Shown here: positions 53,402 through 62,168 of the stretch, piece by piece
Position numbering within the stretch: the stretch's first letter is position 1
Layout of the letters: each line of letters starts with the position of its first letter
NCBI GenBank assembly: GCA_018304175.1
Contig: JAGVWT010000001.1
Coordinates: 1-63,194, forward strand
Length of the DNA stretch: 63,194 bases
Direction of reading: 5' to 3'
Origin: Candidatus Pacearchaeota archaeon
GTDB taxonomy: Archaea; Nanobdellota; Nanobdellia; Pacearchaeales; GW2011-AR1
The notes under the pieces: generated by a model
The model's input: only the letters and a program-made list of their open reading frames with translations
Database searches by the model: none
What the model was told of the DNA's origin: nothing
Position numbers and translations under genes: made by a program

Positions 53402-54501
53402 TTTAAAAGAGAAAGGTAAATATCTTTATATCTTTTGGTCACTGCCCTCCAACTATTCTCTTTCATGTACCTTTCGCATTCTTTTACCATTTTTTTGTAA
53501 TTTTTTGATTTTATACATTCGTGAACTAGTCTAGAATAATTACTTTCATTTTCTGCTGTCTTTATACAACCATAATTCTTTTCTATATCTGTAAAAAAAG
53601 GAATACTACTTGAGATAACTGGTTTTTTTGTAGCAATTGCATGTGTAAATATCCCACTACCAATTCCTCCTCTATAAGGCAACATAACGAAATCAGCTGC
53701 TGAGAAGTAAAGCCACCATTTCGGCATTTTATCATTCAGTGACGATATGTCGAATCTAACATATTCCGACAAATTCTGATGCTTAACTTCCCTCATTAAA
53801 TTTTCTATTATTCCTGACAATCTCTTTTTTTTCTCATCATTTACTGGATCTGGATTTGAAGCAATCAATAGTGTTTTCCCTATTTTATCCGCTTGCCCCA
53901 CAATTATATCTGTGCCTTTTCCGTATTGGAGATTTCCTATGATCAAGTATACATTGCTTTTTATTTTAAGAGATTTTTTTGCTTTGTTTTTCTCTGTTAT
54001 TTTTACACCTTCGATTATCCCTTGCGGTAAAACAACTATCTTTCTTTTTGGAACATTATACCAATTTACCAAAGTTGGTACAAAAAAGTTCGAATGTACA
54101 AAAATTAAATCAGATCCGTAATTTATCACTCGGTTTTGAAAAATATAAAGCAATTTTCTAAATATTGTTTTTATAAAGTTACTGTGAAACTTTTCATTCA
54201 ATGGTAAAATATTGTGCATAGTAGTAATCACTTTGTAATTTCTTGGTAAGATGAAATATAAATAAATTAAAAAATAAGGCAGCCCATAATAGCCTAATAG
54301 ATTATATTCGTGCTGAATATGGACAATATCATAACTCTTAAATTTTGGAAATAATTTAAAAAATGAGATTGGTAATCCCCTTTCATAAGTTACAAAGTCC
54401 ATATCAATTTTATTTATTTTTGCTGCTTTAACAAGTTCTTCAGAATAACCAGATATTGCCTTTTCTGATTTTCTTGAGGGGGTGACCATTGCTACTTTCA
54501 T
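53398..54501 (-). CDS. GT4-like glycosyltransferase
   Basis: DIVHIQHEY; TTMHN; GNLQYGKG; ADFVMLPY; KPVISS. Confidence 0.85.
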   Translation of the reverse strand: MKVAMVTPSRKSEKAISGYSEELVKAAKINKIDMDFVTYERGLPISFFKLFPKFKSYDIVHIQHEYNLLGYYGLPYFLIYLYFILPRNYKVITTMHNILPLNEKFHSNFIKTIFRKLLYIFQNRVINYGSDLIFVHSNFFVPTLVNWYNVPKRKIVVLPQGIIEGVKITEKNKAKKSLKIKSNVYLIIGNLQYGKGTDIIVGQADKIGKTLLIASNPDPVNDEKKKRLSGIIENLMREVKHQNLSEYVRFDISSLNDKMPKWWLYFSAADFVMLPYRGGIGSGIFTHAIATKKPVISSSIPFFTDIEKNYGCIKTAENESNYSRLVHECIKSKNYKKMVKECERYMKENSWRAVTKRYKDIYLSLLK

Positions 54502-54502
54502 C

Positions 54503-55537
54503 TTAATAAGAATCTATAATTTCTTTTATTTTCTCCAATGCTTCTTCTGAAATCTCTTTTTTCTTAGAATTATTTATTTTACTTCGCCAATAATCAATAG
54601 TTTTCCTTAAACCTTCTTCAGGAGACATTGTTTGTCGCCAACCAAGAATTCTTTGCGCTTTTGATGCATCCAAAACTAAATATGGCTGATCTGATTTTAA
54701 TGGGCGAGATGGATATCCTGGGGGATATTCTCCAAAATGTATTTTTTCTAAAGGAAAGTTTATTTGTTCTGCAATTTTTAATGTCCACTCTTTGTTAGTG
54801 TATCCTTTCCCTCCGGCAATGTTAAATACCTGTCCTTTCGCATTTGGAGATTTCATGGCAAGCAAGTAAGAATTAACATGATCGTCAACATACATATAAT
54901 CCCTCACAGAGTCTGGCGCTCCTATGTAAATATCGTTTCCTTTGAGCATTTCTGTTATCAGATATTCAGTAAAAAAACTATCATCATATTTTCTTCCAAA
55001 AGTATTTGAGTTTCTTAAAAGAACTCCGTTAAAATCGTAGATATAAAAAAGCATTCTCATGTACATATCCATTGAAGCTTTTGCAACTGCATAAGGACTT
55101 GAAGGCTCTAAACGTAAATCTTCAGTTGACGGCGACATTGAATTTTGGATTCCATAAACTTCTGCTGTTGATGCCACAATAAGCCTTACTTTTTCAACAC
55201 CATATAAATCCAATATAGCTTCCACAATATTTACTGTCCCTAAAAATGTGTTTTTTTGATAATCAAAAGGGTGTTCAAAACTTAATCTTACGGGAGACAA
55301 TGCTGCTAAGTGAAAAACTACTTCTGGCCCAACTTTTTTCAATGAGTTTCTTACAGAAAAATAATCTGTCGTGTCGCATGTTATTAATTTTATTTTATCT
55401 TTTATGTCATCTAAACATTTTAGGTCTCTTCCAACAACATGCCTAACAAATCCATACACTTCCTGTCCTTCTTCAACAAGTTTATGAGCTAATTCCGCAC
55501 CTATAAATCCAGTAATTCCTGTGATTAAAACCCTCAT
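54503..55537 (-). CDS. NDP-sugar 4,6-dehydratase (GDP-mannose/dTDP-glucose type)
   Basis: TGITGFIG; HLAA.S.V..SF; ASTAEVYG; SPYAVAK; RDYMYVDD. Confidence 0.9.
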   Translation of the reverse strand: MRVLITGITGFIGAELAHKLVEEGQEVYGFVRHVVGRDLKCLDDIKDKIKLITCDTTDYFSVRNSLKKVGPEVVFHLAALSPVRLSFEHPFDYQKNTFLGTVNIVEAILDLYGVEKVRLIVASTAEVYGIQNSMSPSTEDLRLEPSSPYAVAKASMDMYMRMLFYIYDFNGVLLRNSNTFGRKYDDSFFTEYLITEMLKGNDIYIGAPDSVRDYMYVDDHVNSYLLAMKSPNAKGQVFNIAGGKGYTNKEWTLKIAEQINFPLEKIHFGEYPPGYPSRPLKSDQPYLVLDASKAQRILGWRQTMSPEEGLRKTIDYWRSKINNSKKKEISEEALEKIKEIIDSY

Positions 55538-55667
55538 ATTTTCTGAGAGGTAATTTTATTTATAAGATTAGTGGTACTGAAGTTCATGGATTATCAATTC
55601 ATAAATTTTAAAAATAAGAAATTTTATGAAAACAAAAGGCATAATCAGGATAATAAGGAAAGATTAA

Positions 55668-56063
55668 AAGCTAAAAATATACACTTCATCACCTGACGAA
55701 TTTAAGGATCTGGAAGTGGAAGTTGAAAAAGCAACAAAAGAAACTATGTCAAATCCAAATATTATCACCACTGTTTGTAGAGCAGGATGGGGGGCAGTAA
55801 CTGATGGAATCATGGCTGGAAAGGGAGTTATGCTAGTTAATACTGGAAAGGGGGATGATCCTGAAATTATACTTAACACAAAAAAACTTGTAGATTATGG
55901 TTTTGCTTCGGTAATTGACGAAAGACCTATAAAAGAGGTAATGCAAGAAGCAGTTAATAAATCGCAAAATGTTTCGGCTTTCTTAGATAAAAGCATGCAA
56001 GAATATGGAACTATAGAAGGTCCCATATATGCTGGAAAGAGATTGGCTAGAGAATTAAAATAA
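55668..56063 (+). pseudogene. isolated GT28/MurG-like C-terminal domain (truncated or split glycosyltransferase)
   Basis: CRAGWGAVTDGIMAGKGVMLV...PEIILNTKKL resembles GT28_C; the frame is open back only to a TAA at 55665, with GTG 55716 the first start. Confidence 0.5.
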
Positions 56064-56073
56064 ATTAAATAAA

Positions 56074-56922
56074 ATGAATTACTCCCCTCCAAACTACAAC
56101 GAAGACTTTAGAGACCGGATTGCAATTGTTACAGGAGCTGCATCTGGGATAGGAAGGTCAATAGCAGAAGGATTATCATATCATAGAGCACAAATTTGCA
56201 TGTTGGATACTAACGAAACAAAGGGGCATGATGTTTTGAATAATTTAAGAAAAAATTCTCCAAGTTCTGAATTTTATGAAACAGATGTTTCTGATAGAGA
56301 AAATGTGAAGAAAACAATTGAAAAAATTGTTTCAGAGCAAGGGGCTCCTTGGATTCTTGTTAATAATGCAGGCATAGAATATAATGATGATGGAAATTTA
56401 ATAACAATGCCTGAAGAAAAAGCAGATGAAATCTTAAACACAAACCTTCAAGGATACCTAAATATGCTAAGATCTGTTGTTCCCTATATGATAAAGAATG
56501 GAGGGGGAAGAATCGTAAATGTAAGCTCAGTTCAAGGAATTCAGTCATTTAAACCAGGAACAATTTATCAGATAGTAAAGGCAGGGATTCCTGCTATAGC
56601 AAGAAATATGGCTTTGGAGTATGGAAGACAGAATATAAAAGTTAATACTATTTCACCAGGAGCAATTAAGACAGAAGGAATGGGTGATGCAAGAATAAAT
56701 AGAGATGGAGTAAATAGTTTGAGAAGTTTAATTCCTATTGGAAGAAGAGGCCATTCTGAAGAGATAGCAGATGTCACTCTATTTTTATTGTCTGAAAAAT
56801 CGTCATATATTTACGGTCAAAATATAATTGTTGATGGAGGATTATTAACCCATAGGCAACTTGGAGGGTTAGGTGTTCCTGAAAAACCTGTTGATAACGA
56901 CCCTGAACCTAACCTATTCTAA
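56074..56922 (+). CDS. classical short-chain dehydrogenase/reductase
   Basis: TGAASGIG; LVNNAG; VNVSS; YQIVK (YxxxK); VNTISPG; GRRG..EEIA. Confidence 0.92.
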   Translation: MNYSPPNYNEDFRDRIAIVTGAASGIGRSIAEGLSYHRAQICMLDTNETKGHDVLNNLRKNSPSSEFYETDVSDRENVKKTIEKIVSEQGAPWILVNNAGIEYNDDGNLITMPEEKADEILNTNLQGYLNMLRSVVPYMIKNGGGRIVNVSSVQGIQSFKPGTIYQIVKAGIPAIARNMALEYGRQNIKVNTISPGAIKTEGMGDARINRDGVNSLRSLIPIGRRGHSEEIADVTLFLLSEKSSYIYGQNIIVDGGLLTHRQLGGLGVPEKPVDNDPEPNLF

Positions 56923-56966
56923 TTAATCACAACAATACTTAAAAGGGGAAAAATTATAAAATAAAA

Positions 56967-57563
56967 ATGACTGATAAAATAACAGAATTTAAAACGGTAG
57001 AAAATCCTTTTTTCATGGAATCTATTGAAAATGGCACAGATTTAGAAACTTTAAGATATAAGGGACGAGGGGAAGCAGTTTATGCAGACGGAAGGCAAGT
57101 TCTTGTAAGGAGTTGTCATGATGCTCTTGTTTCTTGTGATAATGATTATGGAAGAATGGGAATTTTATTAGTAAGAAGAAATGCAGAACCTGCAAGAGGA
57201 TATTTATGGTCTTTAGGGGGATTTTTTGATAGAGGAGTTCCTACAAACACAAGTCTTGCTTCAAGGATAAAAGGTGAAAGTGGATTAGAAGTTAATGAAG
57301 AAAGTTTTGTTGTTCTAGGGCATATAAGAGCGATGTGGAATACAACACCAAATAAAGAAGCCGAACAAAAAAAACTCCCGTTAGGAATTGATGATACTGG
57401 TTTGCTTTTTTATGCTAAAAGTTCTGGTGGAAAATTAAATCTTGACAAATTGCATGATAGACCAAAAATTATAACGCCAGGTATGTATACAACAGATTTC
57501 AGAGAAAGCTTACACCCTTATATCTCAATGGGGATGGATAGAGCAATACCGCTATTAAAATAA
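56967..57563 (+). CDS. degenerate Nudix protein, GDP-mannose mannosyl hydrolase-like
   Basis: LLVRRNAEPARGYLWSLGGFFDRG...RIKGESGL echoes the GDPMH R..PA.G.W..PGG...E.GL pattern. Confidence 0.6.
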   Translation: MTDKITEFKTVENPFFMESIENGTDLETLRYKGRGEAVYADGRQVLVRSCHDALVSCDNDYGRMGILLVRRNAEPARGYLWSLGGFFDRGVPTNTSLASRIKGESGLEVNEESFVVLGHIRAMWNTTPNKEAEQKKLPLGIDDTGLLFYAKSSGGKLNLDKLHDRPKIITPGMYTTDFRESLHPYISMGMDRAIPLLK

Positions 57564-57671
57564 AAGATAATTTTTCTTTTAAAAAGAATTTTTACTAATT
57601 TTTCTTCTATAAGATTTAATATAGAACTCAACTCCATAAAACTTTTTAAAACAAATCTTTATTGATGTTAG

Positions 57672-58481
57672 ATGATTTTAAATTCTGCACTAATACTTGC
57701 CGGAGGGAAAGGAACTAGGTTTGAAGAAAGAACAGAAGATTTACCTAAACCACTGATTCCTGTAAGAGGAAAGCCAATACTCGAAAGAATAATTGAATGG
57801 CTTAAAAGCAATGGAGTTACTAATATAATTATAGGTGTAGCATATAAAAAAGAAATGATTATGAATTATTTTGGAGATGGAAGTGATTTTGGAGTTAGGA
57901 TTAATTATGTGGAACACAGTCAAGAAGGTGGGACAGAAGATGCATTTAAAACAGACATTGAACAGGTATTTGAAAAAGGACTAATTAACGAAGAGAATTT
58001 TTATGCAATGAACGGCGACCAAATAACTGATTTGCAACTAGAAGGGCTAACTAATGCGCATTTGAGAAATAGCCCCATAGTAACTTTGGTAAGTGTTAAA
58101 TTAAAAACTAATTTTGGAGTTATTAACTTAAACGACAGGAGCCAAGTAATAGAATTTAAAGAAAAAGGAGAAGTTCATGATAAAATGATTAATTCTGGGA
58201 TTTATGTGTTCAATAAAAAGATAAAAGATTACCTTGAAGGAGAGAATATAGAGGAAAATGCTTTCAGAAAATTAATTAAGGAAGGAAAAATATATTCTTT
58301 TTACTACGACGGTGTTTGGCTTACGGTAAATGATAAAAATGAGTTGAAAAAAGCTGAGGAATTTGTAAAAGATTTTGATGTATTAAACATAAAAAATAGT
58401 AAAAATTTAGAATTTGGGGGTTCAAAAGAAAAAGAAGTTATAGAAAAAATAAGAAATGTTTTAAATGAATTAGTAAAATGA
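57672..58481 (+). CDS. sugar-1-phosphate nucleotidyltransferase
   Basis: LILAGGKGTRF...LPKPLIPVRGKPIL; NGD; INSGIY. Confidence 0.92.
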   Translation: MILNSALILAGGKGTRFEERTEDLPKPLIPVRGKPILERIIEWLKSNGVTNIIIGVAYKKEMIMNYFGDGSDFGVRINYVEHSQEGGTEDAFKTDIEQVFEKGLINEENFYAMNGDQITDLQLEGLTNAHLRNSPIVTLVSVKLKTNFGVINLNDRSQVIEFKEKGEVHDKMINSGIYVFNKKIKDYLEGENIEENAFRKLIKEGKIYSFYYDGVWLTVNDKNELKKAEEFVKDFDVLNIKNSKNLEFGGSKEKEVIEKIRNVLNELVK

Positions 58482-58930
58482 AAATATTAATTGTGTTAAG
58501 GAAATGGAATGATAATGAAGGTGTTGGGAATGATGTTAAAAAAATCAAAGAGAAATTTGAGTTAAAAGGACATAAAGTTGATATAATTTCAAGAGAAGAT
58601 GACTTAAACATAACATCCCTTTCTGGCTCTATGGGAAGTTTAAAGGAAACAATTAGAAGAAAAGACGAAGTAGAAAACTATGATATCATTTATACACAAG
58701 ATTGGAGCATTGCGTTTCCACTTCTCATCCCGATCAGAATATTTAAAGAAAAACACTATTGTCTTTTTCACAAAATCCAGGGAGAAGGAGAAAATGGAGA
58801 AAACTCGGGAATATTTCAGAGAATTGTTGGTAATATGTTAGGAGAAAAACTTTTGGTAAAAACAGAGAGTTTAAAAAAAATGTTTCCTAAAGCAATATTT
58901 TCTCCTGATGGCATAAATATAAGGACTTAA
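58478..58930 (+). CDS. stand-alone GT4 N-terminal domain protein
   Basis: Shares GH.VDI.SREDDL and YDIIYTQD.S.A.PL..P with the N-half of 60284..61240; ends with no donor-binding domain. Confidence 0.65.
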   Translation: MKILIVLRKWNDNEGVGNDVKKIKEKFELKGHKVDIISREDDLNITSLSGSMGSLKETIRRKDEVENYDIIYTQDWSIAFPLLIPIRIFKEKHYCLFHKIQGEGENGENSGIFQRIVGNMLGEKLLVKTESLKKMFPKAIFSPDGINIRT

Positions 58931-58995
58931 CATATGTTATTCTCTTTCATAATTTTTAAATAAGGGATAAATTCTTGATTCATATAAAAAGTAAA

Positions 58996-60309
58996 ATGAA
59001 AATTGCTATTTTTGGTATGGGTTATGTCGGCTCTGTCAGTGCTGTTTGTTTAGCTGAACTGGGACATCAGGTTATCTGCAACGACATAAAAAAGAAAAAA
59101 GTTGACGAAATAAATCTAGGAATTCCTCCAATTAAAGAACCTGGTTTAGGAGATTTACTAAAAAAGCATGCTGGAAAAAATATATTTGCTACAACAGACA
59201 TAAACGAAGCTGTTGATAAATCAGATATTGGAATAATTTGTGTCGGCACACCTTTAGGTTACGATGACAGACTGGATAATTCAAGAGTTCACATGGTTTT
59301 TAATGACATAATAAGTAATGTAAAAAAACCTTATATAATATTAATAAGGAGCACTGTTTCTCCCGGAACTATCGATTTTCTAAAAAATAAAATTAAAGAT
59401 AAAGAAATAAAAATAGTAATGAATCCTGAATTTTTAAGAGAAGGAAGTGCTATAGAAGATTTTTTTAATCCAAGTTTAATGGTCATAGGCTCTTCAGACA
59501 ATGAGACTATAGACAAAATTAGAATGATGTATTGGGGAGTTAATGGGCAAATAATCTTAACTAATGAAAAAGTTGCTGAAATGATAAAATATGTTAATAA
59601 CTCATGGCATGCTCTAAAAATTTCTTTCGCAAATGAAATAGGGAGTATTGCTTCAAGGCTTGAAATAAACCCTCAAGAACTTATGGAAGTTTTTTCAAAT
59701 GATAATAAACTTAATATTTCAAAAAAATATCTTAAACCCGGCTTCGCGTATGGTGGTTCTTGCCTGCCAAAAGACACTTCTGCATTAGTCAATATGGCCC
59801 ATAAAGAGGGCTTAAACATTCCACTAATTGATTCAATAGACAAAAGTAATCAGGAACATATTAACAGGGCATTAAAAATTATTTTGAGTACTAACTATAG
59901 AGAAATAGGAATAATCGGCTTATCTTTCAAATATGACGGAACATCTGGAGACATAAGGGGAAGTCCAACGTTGACATTAATAAATAAACTTACAGAAACT
60001 GGGTTTGTAAGATTATTTGATAAAGGATACAACATAAAAGTTTATGATCCGTATATGGATGTCGACGAATTTAACAATTACCTTCCTTTCTTAAAAGATA
60101 TAAAAGAGGAAAATCTTGACAAGCTTGTGCAAAATTCAAAGTTAATTGTTATTGGAAATTTTATGCCCGATTTAAAAAATCTAATCAATAAGCTAGAAGA
60201 CCACCACATAATCCTTGATTTGCAGGGGGCAATTAATCCTTCTGACATAAAAAAAGGAAAATACTTAAGCTTGTATAATAAAAATGAAGATATTAATTGT
60301 TTTACTTAG
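58996..60309 (+). CDS. UDP-glucose/GDP-mannose 6-dehydrogenase family (AlgD-like)
   Basis: GMGYVG; ICVGTP; NPEFLREGSA; GGSCLPKD catalytic Cys. ATG 58996 preferred over 58975. Confidence 0.93.
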   Translation: MKIAIFGMGYVGSVSAVCLAELGHQVICNDIKKKKVDEINLGIPPIKEPGLGDLLKKHAGKNIFATTDINEAVDKSDIGIICVGTPLGYDDRLDNSRVHMVFNDIISNVKKPYIILIRSTVSPGTIDFLKNKIKDKEIKIVMNPEFLREGSAIEDFFNPSLMVIGSSDNETIDKIRMMYWGVNGQIILTNEKVAEMIKYVNNSWHALKISFANEIGSIASRLEINPQELMEVFSNDNKLNISKKYLKPGFAYGGSCLPKDTSALVNMAHKEGLNIPLIDSIDKSNQEHINRALKIILSTNYREIGIIGLSFKYDGTSGDIRGSPTLTLINKLTETGFVRLFDKGYNIKVYDPYMDVDEFNNYLPFLKDIKEENLDKLVQNSKLIVIGNFMPDLKNLINKLEDHHIILDLQGAINPSDIKKGKYLSLYNKNEDINCFT

Positions 60310-61240
60310 AATTCCCGGCGGTGTTGGAAGGGCAAACACGGAAATAGCAAATGCATTAAGAAAAAAAGGGCATGAAGTTGATATTTTATCAAGAGAAGAT
60401 GATTTACAAAAATATTCTTTAAAAGGGGGTTTTCTTCCGATAAGAAGAAAAGTTAAGAAGTTGATGAAAGAAAAAAATTATGATATAATTTACACTCAAG
60501 ACTATAGTTGCGCACTTCCATTGATATTACCATACCCAATTTTTTTGAGAAAGCACTTTTATTGTTCAATTGGCGTAAAATGGGGAAAAGATATTCATAC
60601 ACTCCTACAAAATTTTACAGGTAAATTTATGAGAAGAAAAGTTATAGTTCTGTTTCACCATAACAAAAAAAGATTTCCGAGGGCACATGTTATTTATCGC
60701 GCAGTGAATATTGAAAAATTTAGACCACTAAACAAAAAAAGAGATTCTTTTGGGTGGATAAATAAATTCTCTGAAATGGGTAATCAGAAAATTTATGAAA
60801 AAGTTGCAAAGGAACTTGAATTAAAACCGCTGTCTGCTGGAAACCCTGGGAGAGAAACAAAATCGAAGGATAAAAACAAAGGAAAAGTGGTATATCATTC
60901 TTTTGATAAATTCTCTGACATGAACGAATTCTATAATAAATGTAAGGTTTTCATAAATTTAGCAACTCCCGACGCTGGTTTTAATCTTTCGTGGCTTGAG
61001 GCAATGTCTGCAGGCGTCCCTATTGTAATAGGCAATAATAATGGAGCTGGCCCAATAATGCCATTTGACAAGATAGATAAATGGAAAAACGAAAGAGACT
61101 TTGAAGCGCAAATAAAAAAAATATTAAAAAATCCAAAAAAAATAAACTATAGAAGGTGGCTTATAGATAATGGCTTCACATGGGATAGAGTTGCTGATGA
61201 ACTTCTAATGATATTTAAAAGTGATGGAAAAAATGTTTGA
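60284..61240 (+). CDS. GT4-like glycosyltransferase
   Basis: YNKCKVFINL; AGFNLSWLEAMSAGVP; TWDRVA. Confidence 0.85.
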   Translation: MKILIVLLRIPGGVGRANTEIANALRKKGHEVDILSREDDLQKYSLKGGFLPIRRKVKKLMKEKNYDIIYTQDYSCALPLILPYPIFLRKHFYCSIGVKWGKDIHTLLQNFTGKFMRRKVIVLFHHNKKRFPRAHVIYRAVNIEKFRPLNKKRDSFGWINKFSEMGNQKIYEKVAKELELKPLSAGNPGRETKSKDKNKGKVVYHSFDKFSDMNEFYNKCKVFINLATPDAGFNLSWLEAMSAGVPIVIGNNNGAGPIMPFDKIDKWKNERDFEAQIKKILKNPKKINYRRWLIDNGFTWDRVADELLMIFKSDGKNV

Positions 61241-62168
61241 AGAAAAACTTAGTGAAATATCTGAAAAATTCAAAAACTCTCAAAAAAAGAAATACTACAT
61301 ATTAAAGCATAAAAAGCATAAGAGAGAAGTATACTTCCAAAATAAAGAAAACGCTGTTAATTTTATGAGAGTAAAATTTAATTCCCCCCTTAAAAGAATT
61401 ATCTATTTTTTTATTAAAATAGGATTACTTCAACCATTCTTGAAAAATGTTTATTTAGCAGAGAATTTTGGTGATGTAATTTTTGTCGCAGGACAAATAA
61501 AGGGATTTAAACTAAAAGATAAAAAAGTTATATCATTCCCTTTACTTGGAAAAAACGAAGATTTCATAAAATCAAAGAAATTTCAAGAAAAATTTGCGCT
61601 AGAGGGGTTTGCTCCAAAAATCTTTGAGATAAATAAGAATAAAATTTATTCGATAGAAGAGATGCTAACAGTTTATCAAGAAAATGATGATTCTGGATTA
61701 ATTAAAAGACTAATGGAATTTTATAACTCTCAGGGAATTAAGAAAATTTCTTTAAAAGAGCATCTAAAAAAAATAAACAAAAGAATAAAAAAAAGCCCTT
61801 ACAAAAATTATATAAAAAGCGTTCTTAAAAGAATGAATTTGTCTGGAAAAAAATTTGTAGTAACAACACTTCATGGAGATTTTTCAAGAGGACAGATTTT
61901 ATTAAAAGAAGGAAAATATGTTTTTGTTGATTGGAATCCTGAAGTAGATTTAATAACTTATGACTTAGTGAGGTTTTTTGAATCAGATCCTTATCTTTTA
62001 AAAAACAAAAAGTTCTTAACACTATTGAATTTATACCCTGAAGATATAAAAAAGAATATAAGGGATTACATAATCTTATCAGATATATATGGGATAATCA
62101 AAAAAAATGTGCTTTATCCCCATACAATAAAAAGAGTAGAATTTACTCTCAATTGTAAGACTTATTAA
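61221..62168 (+). CDS. aminoglycoside/choline phosphotransferase-like kinase
   Basis: FAPKI; LHGDFSRGQI (Brenner motif variant); FVDWN; YDLVRF. Confidence 0.7.
   Translation: MMEKMFEEKLSEISEKFKNSQKKKYYILKHKKHKREVYFQNKENAVNFMRVKFNSPLKRIIYFFIKIGLLQPFLKNVYLAENFGDVIFVAGQIKGFKLKDKKVISFPLLGKNEDFIKSKKFQEKFALEGFAPKIFEINKNKIYSIEEMLTVYQENDDSGLIKRLMEFYNSQGIKKISLKEHLKKINKRIKKSPYKNYIKSVLKRMNLSGKKFVVTTLHGDFSRGQILLKEGKYVFVDWNPEVDLITYDLVRFFESDPYLLKNKKFLTLLNLYPEDIKKNIRDYIILSDIYGIIKKNVLYPHTIKRVEFTLNCKTY

Noticed and set aside
55586-55696. 36-aa ORF (MDYQFINFKNKK...) upstream of the GT28-like fragment, as a frameshifted N-terminus
   Set aside because: No GT-B N-domain features, it is far too short, and it lies in a divergent promoter region.
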